Source of the DNA: Gammaproteobacteria bacterium
GTDB taxonomy: Bacteria; Pseudomonadota; Gammaproteobacteria; SZUA-140
NCBI GenBank assembly: GCA_021648525.1
Contig: JAKISP010000001.1
Coordinates: forward strand, 2,061 to 66,060
DNA: 64,000 bases
Direction: 5' to 3'
Position numbers and translations under genes: made by a program. This document shows, one piece after another, positions 10,356-22,620 of this stretch. The notes under the pieces are model-generated. The model was not told the origin of the DNA and ran no database searches. It saw only the letters and a program-made list of their open reading frames with translations. Within the stretch, counting starts at the first letter, position 1. Each line of letters begins with the position of its first letter.

Positions 10356-11939
10356 TTACTCCCACTCAATCGTGGCGGGTGGCTTACTTGAAATATCATA
10401 GGTGACACGCGAGATACCCGAAACTTCGTTGATGATGCGGCTGGATACTATTTCTAACAGCTCATACGGCAGGTGCGCCCAACGTGCAGTCATAAAATCG
10501 ACGGTCTCTACCGCGCGTACTGCGACCACATATTCATAGCGTCGCTGATCACCCACCACACCCACTGATTTCACTGGCAGGAAGACGGTGAACGCCTGGC
10601 TTACCTTTTGATAAAAATCATGGTTATGCAGCTCTTCGATGAAGATCGCATCGGCGCGACGCAGCAGATCCGCATACTCTTTTGTCACCTTGCCAAGAAT
10701 GCGCACACCAAGGCCTGGCCCTGGAAATGGATGACGGTAGACCATCTCATGCGCGAGTCCAAGTTCAACCCCTAAGCGACGTACTTCGTCTTTAAAGAGT
10801 TCACGCAGTGGCTCGACCAGTTTCAGCTTCATGTTTTCTGGCAGACCACCGACGTTGTGATGCGACTTGATCACATGCGCCTTGCCACTCTTCGCACCGG
10901 CTGATTCAATCACGTCCGGGTAGATAGTACCCTGCGCCAGCCACTTCACATTTTTTAGCTTCTCTGCCTCTTCTTCAAAGACCTCGATAAAGAGATTACC
11001 GATGATTTTGCGTTTCTTCTCCGGATCATCAATACCTTCGAGTGCGGTCAGAAAACGCGCTTCGGCATCGACACGGATCACCTTCACCCCCATGTGCTCG
11101 GCGAAGATCGCCATCACCTGGTCACCTTCATTAAGGCGTAACAGACCGTTATCGACAAAGACACAGGTGAGGTGGTCACCAATCGCTTTATGCAGTAACG
11201 CAGCCACTACCGAAGAATCAACACCACCCGACAGGCCCAGTAAAATTTCATCGGTACCCACCTGCTCACGTACCGTCTGAATACTATCTTCAATAATATT
11301 TTCAGCGGTCCACAACTGCTCACAACCACAGATAAAATGAACGAAGCGATCGATAATGCGCTTGCCCTGATGGGTGTGAGTCACTTCGGGGTGGAATTGC
11401 AGGCCATAAAAGCCACGCGACTCATCGGCAATTGCCGCAATGGGTGCGCTGTCGGTACTTGCAATCACTTTAAAACCTTCAGGCAATTTGCTCACACGGT
11501 CGCCATGGCTCATCCACACATCGAGAATGCCGTAACCTTCCACTGTGGTGTGATCTTCAATATCAAGCAGCAGTTGCGAATGGCCGCGAGCACGCACTTG
11601 GGCATGACCATATTCGTGATGGTCAGCACTCTCGACTTCGCCGCCCATCTGTGCTGCCATGGTCTGCATGCCGTAGCAGATACCGAGCACCGGTACTTCC
11701 ATTTGAAACACGGCATCTGGTGCACGCGGTGCATCATCGCCACCGGTAACTGACTCTGGACCACCAGAGAGGATAATCCCCTTCGGGTTGAAGTCACGCA
11801 CGGCCTGCTCTTCCATATCCCATGCATGCAGTTCACAATAGACACCGGCCTCACGTACACGACGCGCAATTAGCTGACTATATTGCGAACCAAAATCGAG
11901 GATCAGGATGCGGTCGGAATGAATGTTCTGGTCAGTCAC
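10356..11939 (-). CDS. guaA: GMP synthase (glutamine-hydrolysing)
   Basis: It is collinear with E. coli GuaA from the N-terminus ([20 protein letters not shown]..., GATase Cys in GICYGMQ, PP-loop SGGVDSSV, C-terminal ...PPATIEWE). Confidence 0.97.
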   Translation of the reverse strand: MTDQNIHSDRILILDFGSQYSQLIARRVREAGVYCELHAWDMEEQAVRDFNPKGIILSGGPESVTGGDDAPRAPDAVFQMEVPVLGICYGMQTMAAQMGGEVESADHHEYGHAQVRARGHSQLLLDIEDHTTVEGYGILDVWMSHGDRVSKLPEGFKVIASTDSAPIAAIADESRGFYGLQFHPEVTHTHQGKRIIDRFVHFICGCEQLWTAENIIEDSIQTVREQVGTDEILLGLSGGVDSSVVAALLHKAIGDHLTCVFVDNGLLRLNEGDQVMAIFAEHMGVKVIRVDAEARFLTALEGIDDPEKKRKIIGNLFIEVFEEEAEKLKNVKWLAQGTIYPDVIESAGAKSGKAHVIKSHHNVGGLPENMKLKLVEPLRELFKDEVRRLGVELGLAHEMVYRHPFPGPGLGVRILGKVTKEYADLLRRADAIFIEELHNHDFYQKVSQAFTVFLPVKSVGVVGDQRRYEYVVAVRAVETVDFMTARWAHLPYELLEIVSSRIINEVSGISRVTYDISSKPPATIEWE

Positions 11940-12007
11940 GGCGGTATGCCTTCTTTTTAGGTCGGTTGAAAACAGAGCAGTGCGATTAGCACTGCCGGGG
12001 TAACAGG

Positions 12008-13465
12008 TTAGTCAATACGGTAATTCGGTGCTTCTTTGGTAATGGTGACATCATGTACATGGCTCTCTTTCATGCCAGCGCCAGTGACCCGTACAAAGCG
12101 TGGTTTGCTACGCATCTCTTCGATGTCGGCACAGCCGGTATAACCCATACTGGCACGCACACCACCCAACAGCTGATGAACAATCGCGACCATGCTGCCT
12201 TTGTAGGCAACGCGGCCTTCGATCCCTTCTGGCACTAGCTTCTCAATCTGGTTGCTTTCCTGAAAGTAACGATCACTCGAACCATGCGCAGCAGCCATCG
12301 CACCGAGCGAGCCCATGCCTCGGTAAGATTTGTAAGAACGCCCCTGAAAGAGTTCTACGTCCCCCGGTGACTCTTCGGTACCGGCAAACATGCTGCCGAT
12401 CATGATCGCATGGGCACCCGCGACAATCGCCTTGGCCAGATCACCGGAGAAACGAATCCCACCATCGGCAATCAACGGTACACCGGTTCCTTCCAACGCT
12501 TTGGCCACATTGGCAATCGCGGTGACCTGCGGCACACCCACGCCGGTCACAATACGAGTGGTACAGATTGAACCCGGCCCGATACCGACTTTGACGCCAT
12601 CGGCACCGGCATCGACCAACGCCGTTGCCGCTTCGCCAGTACCAACGTTACCGCCGATGAGCTGCAGATCAGGAAAGTTTTTTTTCACCCAGCTAACACG
12701 ATCTAACACCTTTTGTGAATGGCCATGCGCGGTATCCACAATCAGTACATCAACACCCGCCTTCACCAACTCTTCAATACGACCATCTGCTTCGGTACCG
12801 ACCGCCGCACCCACACGAAGATGGCCGACATCATCTTTACAGGCGTTAGGAAAGTCTGTCGATTTTTGAATATCTTTAACGGTGATCAGCCCTTTCAGGT
12901 GAAAGCTGTCGTTGATCACCAGCACCTTTTCAATGCGATGTTTGTGCAGCAGTGACAACACTTCATCACGCTCAGCACCCTCTTTCACCGTGACCAGACG
13001 CTTTCTGGGGGTCATGATGCTCGAAACTGGGTTATCTAACTGAGTCTCGAAACGCAGGTCACGTCCGGTGACAATGCCGACTAGCTGATCACCATCGACC
13101 ACCGGCACACCAGAAATCCTGTTGGCACGAGTGATGCCCATCACTTCACGAATGGTGATGGTTGGCGGTACGGTGATCGGGTCTTTGATCACGCCACTCT
13201 CATATTTTTTAACGGCGCGCACTTCGTCGGCCTGCTGCTCTGCAGTCATATTTTTATGGATGATGCCAATACCACCTTCCTGTGCCAGTGCAATCGCCAG
13301 GCGTGCCTCGGTGACGGTATCCATCGCCGATGAGATCAACGGGATATTGAGCGTAATTTCACGCGTCAGACGAGTCTTGAGATCAACATCTCTGGGCAAC
13401 ACGGTGGAATGATCTGGCAATAACAGCACATCATCAAAGGTGAATGCTTCCTGAGCAATTCTCAT
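12008..13465 (-). CDS. guaB: IMP dehydrogenase
   Basis: It is near-identical in its motifs to E. coli GuaB ([17 protein letters not shown]..., [22 protein letters not shown], the CBS pair, catalytic [11 protein letters not shown]). Confidence 0.97.
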   Translation of the reverse strand: MRIAQEAFTFDDVLLLPDHSTVLPRDVDLKTRLTREITLNIPLISSAMDTVTEARLAIALAQEGGIGIIHKNMTAEQQADEVRAVKKYESGVIKDPITVPPTITIREVMGITRANRISGVPVVDGDQLVGIVTGRDLRFETQLDNPVSSIMTPRKRLVTVKEGAERDEVLSLLHKHRIEKVLVINDSFHLKGLITVKDIQKSTDFPNACKDDVGHLRVGAAVGTEADGRIEELVKAGVDVLIVDTAHGHSQKVLDRVSWVKKNFPDLQLIGGNVGTGEAATALVDAGADGVKVGIGPGSICTTRIVTGVGVPQVTAIANVAKALEGTGVPLIADGGIRFSGDLAKAIVAGAHAIMIGSMFAGTEESPGDVELFQGRSYKSYRGMGSLGAMAAAHGSSDRYFQESNQIEKLVPEGIEGRVAYKGSMVAIVHQLLGGVRASMGYTGCADIEEMRSKPRFVRVTGAGMKESHVHDVTITKEAPNYRID

Positions 13466-13601
13466 ACTATATAAACCCCTGTCAAAAACTAGCCGGGTAT
13501 TATAAAGAGTGCAGCCCCTGCGGTAAACCGATAATATCGACGAATGCCGTTCAATAAATCGGTGGATTCTCTATTTTGTTCAAGGTGTTATCATAAGATC
13601 C

Positions 13602-15002
13602 ATGAGCCAGACCCGTGATTTCTACACCCCACCTCCAGCCACAAAAGCAGCCCCCAAACGGCCTCAGCGCGAAATTTTCAGCGTCTCACGCCTTAATCGC
13701 GAAGTGCGCGGCCTGCTGGAGGGCAATTTCCCACTGGTATGGGTGGAGGCGGAGATTTCGAATCTCTCCCGTCCCGCCTCTGGCCACTGGTATTTCACCC
13801 TTAAAGACCCCTCAGCACAGATACGCTGCGCGATGTTCCGTGGCAAAAACAGCCGCCTGCGCTTCCAGCCTGATAATGGCGACCAGGTGCTGATTCGCGC
13901 CCAGCTGAGCCTTTACGAAGCGCGTGGCGACTATCAAATGATCGTTGAACATATGGAAGAGGCCGGTGATGGCGCACTGCGACGCGCCTTTGAACAGCTC
14001 AAACAGCGCCTTGAACTGGAAGGGCTATTCGACGAAACGACTAAAAGACCATTGCCGACAGTGCCAACACAGATCGGCGTGATCACCTCCCCTACAAGTG
14101 CAGCGGTGCGCGATATTCTGCAGATTTTAGAACGACGCTTCCCGAGCATCCCAGTGGTAATCTATCCCGTCGTAGTGCAAGGTACAACTGCCGCTGGCGA
14201 GATTGAGCGCGCGCTCAAAACCGCCGATAAACGCAACGAATGTGATGTATTGATCGTTGCGCGTGGCGGCGGTTCACTCGAAGATTTGATGGCCTTTAAT
14301 GATGAACGAGTGGCGCGGGCGATTCACAAATGCAGCATCCCTGTTGTCTCTGGCGTGGGACATGAGATCGACTTCACCATCGCCGATTTTGTCGCCGACC
14401 TGCGCGCCCCCACGCCATCCGGTGCGGCTGAACTGGTGAGCCCGGATCGCCTTGAGTGGCAGCAGCGTTTTACAAGACTACAATCACGCCTGCACGCCGC
14501 CACACAGCAGCAATTCAAACAGGGTGAGCAACAACTTGGCTGGCTCTCAAAAAGATTGCAACAGCAGCACCCCGGCCAACAACTCAGGCAACAGACACAA
14601 CGACTCGACGAGCTGGAACAGCGCCTGCAACGCAGCCTAAAACAGCGGCTACAGCAACGTCGTAGCGAGTTGGCCCACATTGCGAGCAAACTACAGCTGT
14701 ACAACCCACAGCAGCGCATCCAGCAGTTGCAAGCGACTCAACAACAACTCAACACGCGCCTGCAACGCGCGCTTCAGCAACAACTACAACAGCGCCAGCA
14801 GCAACTGCAAGGTGTAACACGGGCACTCGATGCGGTGAGTCCGCTGGCGACACTCGGGCGTGGTTTTTCGATTACGCGCAACCGACAGAGTGGACGCGTC
14901 CTACGTGACATAAAAGATGCCGCCATTGGTGACACCATCGAAACAACCCTGGCGCAGGGGCAACTACTGTGTGAAGTTACGGAAACGATTGATGATGAAT
15001 AA
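13602..15002 (+). CDS. xseA: exodeoxyribonuclease VII large subunit
   Basis: The OB-fold region [29 protein letters not shown], the catalytic core and the Q-rich coiled C-terminus match XseA. It is divergent from guaB as in E. coli. Confidence 0.95.
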   Translation: MSQTRDFYTPPPATKAAPKRPQREIFSVSRLNREVRGLLEGNFPLVWVEAEISNLSRPASGHWYFTLKDPSAQIRCAMFRGKNSRLRFQPDNGDQVLIRAQLSLYEARGDYQMIVEHMEEAGDGALRRAFEQLKQRLELEGLFDETTKRPLPTVPTQIGVITSPTSAAVRDILQILERRFPSIPVVIYPVVVQGTTAAGEIERALKTADKRNECDVLIVARGGGSLEDLMAFNDERVARAIHKCSIPVVSGVGHEIDFTIADFVADLRAPTPSGAAELVSPDRLEWQQRFTRLQSRLHAATQQQFKQGEQQLGWLSKRLQQQHPGQQLRQQTQRLDELEQRLQRSLKQRLQQRRSELAHIASKLQLYNPQQRIQQLQATQQQLNTRLQRALQQQLQQRQQQLQGVTRALDAVSPLATLGRGFSITRNRQSGRVLRDIKDAAIGDTIETTLAQGQLLCEVTETIDDE

Positions 15003-15843
15003 AACACTATTTCCACAATTTTTTAGCTACACTCTGGCGTTGCTGTTTACGCTCTCTCACACTGCTGCGCATGCATTACCCAGAGTGTCTGCCGTGCCAG
15101 GTGGTGTGGTGGTGATCGAACTGGTAGCCGACAGCGCAGGAGAAACACCCACTGCTTACTTCAATAACAAACCACTGCTGGTGATCAAGAAAGATAACCG
15201 CTGGCTGGCGGTCGTCGGTATACCACTAACCGCAACGATTGGTGTACAACAAATTGAACAACAGAGCACATCAGGAAAGCGCATTAGCCACCGTTTCACC
15301 GTCAAAGACAAGGCCTATAAAACACAACGCCTCACGGTGACCAATAAACGCAAGGTCAACCCTTATGCGGAAGATATGGATCGCATCACCAGCGAAAAAA
15401 AACGCACAAAAAAGACCCTCGCTCACTGGGATCAGCGCGAGCTAAATAACCTGACCTTTATCACCCCGGTTGAGGGACGACGCAGTAGCTCGTTTGGGCT
15501 ACGACGTGTCTTCAACGGCCAACCACGTAAACCACACAGCGGGATGGATATCGCCGCCCCTGCTGGCACCCCGGTAATCACGCCGATTGCTGGCACGGTA
15601 ACCAATGTGGGCGACTATTTCTTCAATGGCAACTCAGTCTTCATCGACCACGGCCAGGGGTTGATTACGATGTACCTGCACCTTGACCATATTGATGTCA
15701 AAGAGGGGGATGTCCTTGAACAGGGCGACCTGCTCGGCACAGTGGGTGCGACAGGGCGCGTCACCGGCCCGCATCTACACTGGGGGATCAGCCTGAATGA
15801 CGCGCGCGTCGATCCGGCGCTGTTTCTTGGCGATGAAAAGTAA
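14992..15843 (+). CDS. M23 family metallopeptidase, secreted
   Basis: There is a signal peptide ([28 protein letters not shown]). M23 motifs are [14 protein letters not shown] and HLHWGI. I moved the start to the ATGATG that overlaps the xseA stop by about 10 nt. The listed ORF begins further upstream, inside xseA. Confidence 0.85.
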   Translation: MMNKTLFPQFFSYTLALLFTLSHTAAHALPRVSAVPGGVVVIELVADSAGETPTAYFNNKPLLVIKKDNRWLAVVGIPLTATIGVQQIEQQSTSGKRISHRFTVKDKAYKTQRLTVTNKRKVNPYAEDMDRITSEKKRTKKTLAHWDQRELNNLTFITPVEGRRSSSFGLRRVFNGQPRKPHSGMDIAAPAGTPVITPIAGTVTNVGDYFFNGNSVFIDHGQGLITMYLHLDHIDVKEGDVLEQGDLLGTVGATGRVTGPHLHWGISLNDARVDPALFLGDEK

Positions 15844-15990
15844 TTCGTAACTGTTCAGATTGCTTCTGAAATTTGTCAGTTCAAGGCGAAAAATATGAGT
15901 TTACAAGTGTAAATGATCATTTTTCAACACAGAAATGGCAGATTTCAGGAGTGGGCTGAATAGTTACAGTAATTCCTGTTTAATTAAGCG

Positions 15991-16278
15991 CTATTGATCA
16001 GGGTTAATCAACCACTCTGGGGCTTGTTGTTGCTCACGATGCCTTACATCGCGGCCCTGTGTATCACTGTTCTGCGCACCTCCGCCCTGTGCCTCACTGC
16101 GCTTCTGCTCATATTCACGATAACTCAATTCGTTTTGCCTGTTCTCGCCAGGTGAGGCAGGCTGATGCATGTTGTTGATGCCACGCACCGTTTCATACAC
16201 AGCCGCTTTAAGGTTTCCATCTCTCGCACATCCCGCCGCAAACAGGCATAACGACAAACTAATCAACACCTTTTTCAT
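15991..16278 (-). CDS. small hypothetical lipoprotein
   Basis: It has a lipobox (MKKVLISLSLCLFAAGC) and low-complexity charged and Q/G-rich content. I chose the internal Met start. Confidence 0.45.
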   Translation of the reverse strand: MKKVLISLSLCLFAAGCARDGNLKAAVYETVRGINNMHQPASPGENRQNELSYREYEQKRSEAQGGGAQNSDTQGRDVRHREQQQAPEWLINPDQ

Positions 16279-16367
16279 CGATTTCACCTTAGATTCCAAT
16301 ATTGATCAAAATTATAACCCACCATCAGGTTATAATAAAAAAATCACGATAAACTGGAGCAGCATGC

Positions 16368-16835
16368 ATGTATTGCCGTAGCGCTATCATAAACAAAGCA
16401 TTTAATGGTTTCAGCCAATTCTTTTGCGCATTCATCGCGCTGGTTTTTATAAGTGGTTGCGAGGTTGAAGTACCGGTTGAGGAGTCAATCGCGGGCGTCG
16501 ATAAAATCCTGGAGATACGCAAGCAGGCGATCGAGAATAAAGACATGGCACTTTATAAGTCCATTCTATTACCAGAATATTCTAGCAGTGGTGTACCACT
16601 CGATAATGTCATTGGTGACCTCGAACGGCTCTTTTCAACAGAGGAGCAGATTGAGTTCATCTACCAGAAAGCACCACCTTCAATCGCAATGAACACCGCT
16701 CGCGTGATTCATATGATCGAATACAAACTAACCCCATCTGGCAAGTCCAGAAAAATGCGTGAAACCATCCACCTGCGACGTGTCAATAATCAATGGTTCA
16801 TTTCGGGTGGCATCATACTTGGCCTGACCCTGTAA
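16368..16835 (+). CDS. hypothetical protein (possible lipoprotein)
   Basis: It is a 155-aa ORF with a hydrophobic N-terminus ending ...FISGC. I recognised no family. Confidence 0.4.
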   Translation: MYCRSAIINKAFNGFSQFFCAFIALVFISGCEVEVPVEESIAGVDKILEIRKQAIENKDMALYKSILLPEYSSSGVPLDNVIGDLERLFSTEEQIEFIYQKAPPSIAMNTARVIHMIEYKLTPSGKSRKMRETIHLRRVNNQWFISGGIILGLTL

Positions 16836-16935
16836 GCAGAGGCAGTAACCAGTTGCGCATCAACAATTTAGTTTTTACCTGCGCCAGCCAATCTACTAAT
16901 ATTACAGTTAGATCATATTATGTAGTGTCAATTTT

Positions 16936-18357
16936 ATGAAACCCAGTATCAAAACAATTACCGTGAGAACACTGGTCAGCTTCCTGCTTGTATTGGCAGT
17001 CATTATGTTGATCATCACCGGGCTTAATTTTCGGGCGCTATCAAAACAGGCACTGGAAGATCAGGCCCTGTCCTATGCCGAATTAGTCCGCGCCGGATTG
17101 ACTGCCCACATGAAGGCGGACATTATGGATAAGCGCGACTATTTCCTGGAGGAGATCCAGCAGCTACACCAGATCAACCGCCTCACCGTGATTCGCAGTA
17201 ACGAAGTGAGTGATCAATTCGGCCTCGGTCGCGCCATCGAACATGAAGTTGATAACGTAGATGCGATTGCACGCAGGGCCTTTGAAACGATGGAGCCGGT
17301 CTTCGTGCTGACCGAATTTTCATATAACCCGACGATTCGTGCAATCGTACCGTACATCGCCTCACCAGTCGGCTCACTCAACTGCCTTGCCTGCCATAAC
17401 GTTACTGAAGGCACCGTGCTCGGTGCAGTAGATATTGAGATGGATGCATCAAAATATCGCAACCATTCGCTGATGGTCATCGCCGGCATGCTGGTTGTCT
17501 CATTTGTATTCATGATATTGATTTTGATAAACACCAGACGCACTATTCAACGCCATGTACAGGGGCCACTCGACACCCTTATTGATAAAGCGATGGATGC
17601 CTACGTGAAAAAAGAACCGGTCAGCCCCGACCAGTTTGCAACGGCAGAGTTTAGTAACGTTGCCAATGAAATAAACCTGTTCAATTCGAAGATTATTGCG
17701 CACCAGGATCTATTGCAGCAGAAAAATAATGAATTGATTGCACTGAATGATGAAATAGAAAAGACCCTGCGTGAAACGGTTTTCACCATGGGGGTCATTG
17801 AAGAACAGCGTTCCAAAGAAACCAGCAATCATACCCAGCGCGTATCGCTCTATAGCCAGTTACTGGCGCGTAAATTAGGTCTGTCAGACCAGGATATCGA
17901 CCTGATCGCCGCTGCCGCACCACTGCATGATCTCGGCAAAATAGGTATCCCGGACAGCATTCTACTGAAGCCGGGACGACTCACCGATGAAGAACATGAA
18001 ATCATGAAAAATCACACCCGCATCGGCTACACCATGCTGAGCCATTCCGAACGTGACATTCTCAAAAGTGGGGCCATTATCGCCCTGCAACATCATGAAA
18101 AGTGGGATGGTAGCGGCTACCCTCAAGGGTTAAAAGGCGAAGCGATTCATATCTACGGGCGGATCATTGCATTGGCAGATGTTTTTGATGCATTGGCATT
18201 CAGAAGGGTTTATAAAGAGGCATGGGAGCCTGCCCGAGTCATCTCATGGATAAAGGAACAACGTGGCAAACATTTTGACCCAACACTGGTTGATATTTTT
18301 CTTGAAAATCAGGATGAAATCACAGACATTATGAAACACTACCCAGCCGATTTATAA
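16936..18357 (+). CDS. HD-GYP domain c-di-GMP phosphodiesterase with periplasmic sensor domain (2 TM)
   Basis: TM helices flank a roughly 150-aa periplasmic region. The HD motif is LHDLGKIGIP and the GYP motif is HHEKWDGSGYPQGL. Confidence 0.85.
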   Translation: MKPSIKTITVRTLVSFLLVLAVIMLIITGLNFRALSKQALEDQALSYAELVRAGLTAHMKADIMDKRDYFLEEIQQLHQINRLTVIRSNEVSDQFGLGRAIEHEVDNVDAIARRAFETMEPVFVLTEFSYNPTIRAIVPYIASPVGSLNCLACHNVTEGTVLGAVDIEMDASKYRNHSLMVIAGMLVVSFVFMILILINTRRTIQRHVQGPLDTLIDKAMDAYVKKEPVSPDQFATAEFSNVANEINLFNSKIIAHQDLLQQKNNELIALNDEIEKTLRETVFTMGVIEEQRSKETSNHTQRVSLYSQLLARKLGLSDQDIDLIAAAAPLHDLGKIGIPDSILLKPGRLTDEEHEIMKNHTRIGYTMLSHSERDILKSGAIIALQHHEKWDGSGYPQGLKGEAIHIYGRIIALADVFDALAFRRVYKEAWEPARVISWIKEQRGKHFDPTLVDIFLENQDEITDIMKHYPADL

Positions 18358-18387
18358 CAAACTGCTACAACTTTAAAGAGAAGCGTT

Positions 18388-18528
18388 ATGCAAAACGATT
18401 GGTTACGAGAAAATATGCTGATGATCCTGTCGATCATTGGCGTGGTTGCAACAGCCTGTGTCGGCGGAATTTTTGTGCTCTATTTTATGATCAAACGAAA
18501 AATCAGGCAAAAGAACGCTGCAAAATAG
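18388..18528 (+). CDS. small membrane protein (46 aa, single TM), unlisted sORF
   Basis: ATG is at 18388, preceded by an AAGAGAAG Shine-Dalgarno-like purine run. The peptide is MQNDWLRENMLMILSIIGVVATACVGGIFVLYFMIKRKIRQKNAAK, a hydrophobic core followed by a basic tail. Confidence 0.3.
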   Translation: MQNDWLRENMLMILSIIGVVATACVGGIFVLYFMIKRKIRQKNAAK

Positions 18529-18575
18529 TCTGATTGGCTGCCTTATCCATCTCGTGACATTGCCACTATTTAATT

Positions 18576-19655
18576 GTGAGTATTAAACAGCACTATCAAA
18601 CCGCTATTGCAGAACAGGGATATCAGCGAGACCCTGAGCAGGCGAATGCCATTGACCATTTTCAACGCCTTTATAATGAGCTACTCACCTTGCCAAAGGC
18701 AACGAGTTTTATTAGTCGTGTATTAAACAAAACACCTGAGCCCACACAAGGGCTTTACTTGTGGGGCGGTCCTGGTCGCGGCAAAACATACCTGATGGAT
18801 CTCTTCTATCACCACCTGCCAATACAGCAAAAGCAGCGCCTCCACTTTCATCAGTTCATGCGCAATGTGCACGCGGAACTTGCAACCATCAATCACCAGC
18901 AAGCACCGCTTACGGTAATTGGCAAGCGTCTTGCTGAAAAGACGCGCATTCTTTGTCTGGATGAGTTTTATGTTGCCGACATTGGTGATGCCATGTTGCT
19001 CGCGGGCCTGCTTGAGGCACTTTTTGCCAACAAGGTAATATTGGTGACGACCTCGAACATAATACCCGACAACCTTTACCGAGGCGGACTGCAACGAGAG
19101 CGTTTTTTACCGGCAATTGCACTGATCAAGGCACATACCCAATTGATAAAAATGGAGCAGGGGGATGATTATCGCTTACAGGCAACAAGTGAGACAGCCT
19201 TTAAGCGCTATCAAATATGCGACCAGGCAAGCGCTCAAGAGCTGATGAGCCAGCAATTCCAGCGTTTAACCGGCAGTGCATTTGAAAAGCAGACAATATC
19301 AATAAAGATCAACGGACGTGAACTTCCTGTCATTGCAGAACATGGCAATTTAATATGGTTCAATTTCAACACGCTGTGTGAAACCCCACGCGCAGCCGCT
19401 GACTACCTCGAAATCGCAAACCGCTACCAACGCCTGATGATTACCCACATACCAATCATGGATGAGGCACTAGATAGCGCCGCGATTCGTTTTATTCACC
19501 TCATTGATGCGATCTATGACAATAAAGTCGCGTTGATCACTACCGCAGCCACCATCCCTCAACAGCTTTACACAGGCACCCATCGCACCAACAGTTTTAA
19601 ACGCACCATGAGTCGCCTTTGCGAAATGGAACATTACGACTATTCCACTCGCTAA
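18576..19655 (+). CDS. zapE: AFG1-like ATPase (cell division protein ZapE family)
   Basis: The P-loop is GLYLWGGPGRGKTYLMDLF and Walker B is ILCLDEFYVAD. It starts at a GTG. Confidence 0.8.
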   Translation: MSIKQHYQTAIAEQGYQRDPEQANAIDHFQRLYNELLTLPKATSFISRVLNKTPEPTQGLYLWGGPGRGKTYLMDLFYHHLPIQQKQRLHFHQFMRNVHAELATINHQQAPLTVIGKRLAEKTRILCLDEFYVADIGDAMLLAGLLEALFANKVILVTTSNIIPDNLYRGGLQRERFLPAIALIKAHTQLIKMEQGDDYRLQATSETAFKRYQICDQASAQELMSQQFQRLTGSAFEKQTISIKINGRELPVIAEHGNLIWFNFNTLCETPRAAADYLEIANRYQRLMITHIPIMDEALDSAAIRFIHLIDAIYDNKVALITTAATIPQQLYTGTHRTNSFKRTMSRLCEMEHYDYSTR

Positions 19656-19698
19656 ACAGCGAACGCTTTACCATTTCATCCGCTCTGGGCTATGATGA

Positions 19699-21318
19699 TT
19701 GATGGCTGAATTTCACTACACCAATCCACTTCCGCTTGGCGATGATAAAACAGACTATCGCCTGCTTACCGACAAACACGTTTCAACCGGCGCATTTGAA
19801 GGGCACCCAATACTTAAGATAGATGAAGCAGCGCTCACGCTACTCACCTCCACTGCAATCAATGATATTTCACATCTTTACCGCAGCAGCCACCTGCAGC
19901 AACTGCGCAATATCCTGGATGACAGCAGCGCTTCTGAAAATGATCACTTCGTTGCAATGGAACTACTACGTAACGCAAACATCGCGGCAGGGATGGTACT
20001 GCCCGGCTGCCAGGACACCGGTACCGCTATTATCATGGGAAAGAAAGGTCAGCAGGTGTGGTCTGGCAGCAATGACCGAGAGGCGATCTCACGCGGCGTC
20101 TACCAGGCCTACAACAACCACAACCTGCGCTTTTCACAGATGGCACCACTCACCTTTTTTGATGAAAAGAACACCGATACTAATCTTCCTGCACAAATTG
20201 ACATTGATGCCGTAGAAGGCGGTAGTTATAAGTTTCTGTTGATGACCAAGGGCGGCGGTTCTGCCAATAAAACCTTTCTATTTCAGGAGACCCGAGCACT
20301 ACTCAACCCCAAAAACCTCTTCGCCTTTTTAACTGAAAAATTAAAGATGCTAGGTACTTCTGCCTGTCCACCCTACCACCTTGCAATTGTGGTCGGCGGC
20401 ACTTCAGCGGAAGCTAACTTAAAGATGGTTAAACTCGCCTCAGCCCATTACCTCGACACCCTGCCACACAATGGCAATGAGTTTGGGCAGGCATTTAGAG
20501 ATACCGAACTGGAAATTCAGGTACTGAGACTGACGCAACAATTCGGTATCGGCGCGCAGTTTGGTGGCAAATATTTTGCCCATGACATTCGTGTGATACG
20601 CCTGCCTCGTCATGGTGCCTCATGCCCGGTCGGTATCGGCGTCTCCTGCTCTGCCGATCGCAATATTCTTGGCCATATCGATCGTGATGGGGTCTGGCTT
20701 GAACAGCTGGAACGTGATCCGGCTCGTTTTCTTCCTGAAGTGAAAACAGATACCCTCTCAAATGACGTGGTGCATATCGATCTCAACCAGCCGATGAGCA
20801 AGATCCGCGAAACGCTCTCCCAGCACCCCATCAAAACGCGCCTGGTGCTCAGCGGTCCGATCATCGTGGCACGCGATATTGCCCATGCAAAGATCAAAGA
20901 GCGACTTGATAACGGTGAGGGCATCCCCGACTATTTCAAAGATCACATCATCTACTACGCAGGCCCCTCCAAAACACCCGATGGTTACGCCTCCGGCTCC
21001 TTTGGCCCCACCACCGCTGGGCGCATGGATAGCTATGTTGAGGCCTTCCAGCAAAAAGGTGCATCGCTGGTGATGCTGGCAAAAGGCAACCGCAGTCGTG
21101 CAGTCACTGAGTCATGCCAATCAAAAGGCGGCTTCTATCTCGGCTCAATCGGCGGGGCCGCTGCCCGCCTTGCCGAAGCGTGCATCCGCAAAGTAGAAGT
21201 CATTGACTACCCTGAGCTCGGCATGGAAGCAGTTCATCGCATTGAAGTTGAAAACTTCCCCGCCTTCATTATCGTTGACGACAAAGGCAAAGACTTCTTT
21301 GCTGAGCTAGGGATTTAA
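19699..21318 (+). CDS. fumA: class I fumarate hydratase (Fe-S dependent)
   Basis: It is collinear with E. coli FumA throughout ([79 protein letters not shown]). Confidence 0.95.
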   Translation: MMAEFHYTNPLPLGDDKTDYRLLTDKHVSTGAFEGHPILKIDEAALTLLTSTAINDISHLYRSSHLQQLRNILDDSSASENDHFVAMELLRNANIAAGMVLPGCQDTGTAIIMGKKGQQVWSGSNDREAISRGVYQAYNNHNLRFSQMAPLTFFDEKNTDTNLPAQIDIDAVEGGSYKFLLMTKGGGSANKTFLFQETRALLNPKNLFAFLTEKLKMLGTSACPPYHLAIVVGGTSAEANLKMVKLASAHYLDTLPHNGNEFGQAFRDTELEIQVLRLTQQFGIGAQFGGKYFAHDIRVIRLPRHGASCPVGIGVSCSADRNILGHIDRDGVWLEQLERDPARFLPEVKTDTLSNDVVHIDLNQPMSKIRETLSQHPIKTRLVLSGPIIVARDIAHAKIKERLDNGEGIPDYFKDHIIYYAGPSKTPDGYASGSFGPTTAGRMDSYVEAFQQKGASLVMLAKGNRSRAVTESCQSKGGFYLGSIGGAAARLAEACIRKVEVIDYPELGMEAVHRIEVENFPAFIIVDDKGKDFFAELGI

Positions 21319-22254
21319 GCAATTAAGATCAGGCAGTGACTGCAATGTCAGCTCACGCCCTTCATTCAACATATACTCTAAAAAAACCTGTGCGACGACA
21401 GACAGCTTCTTTCCTTTTGGATAACAGAGATACCATTGATCTTCGATCGGAAAGTCCTGTATATCAAGCACCACCAATTCTCCCGACTGCAGTTCATGTG
21501 TCAGCGCATAAATCGACAACATTGAAATACCCAGACCACCAATCACCGCCTGTTTAACCGCTTCATTACTACCAAGTTCCATACTGCCCTTAAAACAAAA
21601 ATCGCGATTTTTTATCAAACGGCCAATCGAGCCATACGTCCCACAACCCGGCTCACGCATAATAAAGTTCTCAGCCGCCAGCGCCTTTACCGGGATATTG
21701 CGTTCATTGGCCAACGGATGCGATGGCGGGGCTAACACTACCAGCGGATTTGCTAAAAATGGAATACGATGAATCGAAGAACCCGTTGGTGCCTGACCAA
21801 CGATATAAATATCATCCAGATTCTGCTCCAGGCGCTCAAGCACACGCTCACGATTGATCACCTCAAGCGCGACATTGATTCCCGGATATTGTTTGCAAAA
21901 CGAACCTAAAATCCTGGGCGCAAAGTACTCAGCCGTAGTCACTCCAGAAATGCGTAAATTGCCCTGCTTAACCCCCTGAATATCTGAAACTGTCATTTGA
22001 AACTCAGCGAGGTTATCAAACACCGATTTAGATGTTTTTAGCAGTTCCAGCCCTACCTCCGTCAGGTAGATTTTCTTGCCAACCTGACTATAAAGTGGCA
22101 TCCCCACAATACCAGTCAGCTTTTTAACCTGCATCGAGAGTGTCGGCTGGGTTAGATGAAGCTCTTCTGCCGCTGCAGTGAAAGAACCATTTCTCGCAAT
22201 CGCTTCAAAGACTTGCAGCTGACGAAAGGTTGCATTTCTGATTTTAATCATCAT
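21307..22254 (-). CDS. LysR-family transcriptional regulator
   Basis: The N-terminal wHTH is [38 protein letters not shown] LysR substrate-binding domain follows. Its 3' end overlaps the fumA stop by 12 nt (convergent). Confidence 0.85.
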   Translation of the reverse strand: MMIKIRNATFRQLQVFEAIARNGSFTAAAEELHLTQPTLSMQVKKLTGIVGMPLYSQVGKKIYLTEVGLELLKTSKSVFDNLAEFQMTVSDIQGVKQGNLRISGVTTAEYFAPRILGSFCKQYPGINVALEVINRERVLERLEQNLDDIYIVGQAPTGSSIHRIPFLANPLVVLAPPSHPLANERNIPVKALAAENFIMREPGCGTYGSIGRLIKNRDFCFKGSMELGSNEAVKQAVIGGLGISMLSIYALTHELQSGELVVLDIQDFPIEDQWYLCYPKGKKLSVVAQVFLEYMLNEGRELTLQSLPDLNCLNP

Positions 22255-22346
22255 TCACCATAGTAATATTGTATTTAATCGATGCATAGTATAATTATTT
22301 TTGATTATCGTTTATATGAAAAGTATACCATACTGTCTTGGTTGGC

Positions 22347-22431
22347 TTAGTCCCCTCCCCCCTTAAAGGGACTAAATCAACTCTCTAACGCGCATGGAAC
22401 TGCTCCCCCTCCCTTTTGCAGCCCATGCGCG
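22347..22431. repeat. two palindromic hairpin elements with C-rich loops
   Basis: Hairpin A (22347-22375) is TTAGTCCC-loop CTCCCCCCTTAAA-GGGACTAA. Hairpin B (22389-22431) is CGCGCATGG...inner CTGC/GCAG...loop TCCCCCTCCCTTTT...CCATGCGCG. Confidence 0.6.
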
Positions 22432-22620
22432 TATCTTTAATTATTCTTTAAATTTCATAATGATAGGCCATCAATAGCACTTTAGCATACGCCAATTGCC
22501 TGTCAATGCCCAGTGATCACCGAGCCATCGCTTAGCCAAAAAACACATTTACCTTAATCTATGGTAAACATAAAATACTTTTATTATCATTTATAAAACA
22601 GTCGATGCATAATAGCTTCA

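Noticed and set aside
14324-14719. Cys-rich 131-aa ORF antisense to xseA
   Set aside because: It is an artefact of the CAG/CTG-rich, Gln-rich coiled-coil coding segment of xseA read on the opposite strand.
21307-22254. LysR regulator N-terminus resembles CbbR, suggesting a RuBisCO regulator
   Set aside because: No cbb/RuBisCO genes are in the window. LysR wHTH domains are generically similar, so this cannot be distinguished without phylogeny.
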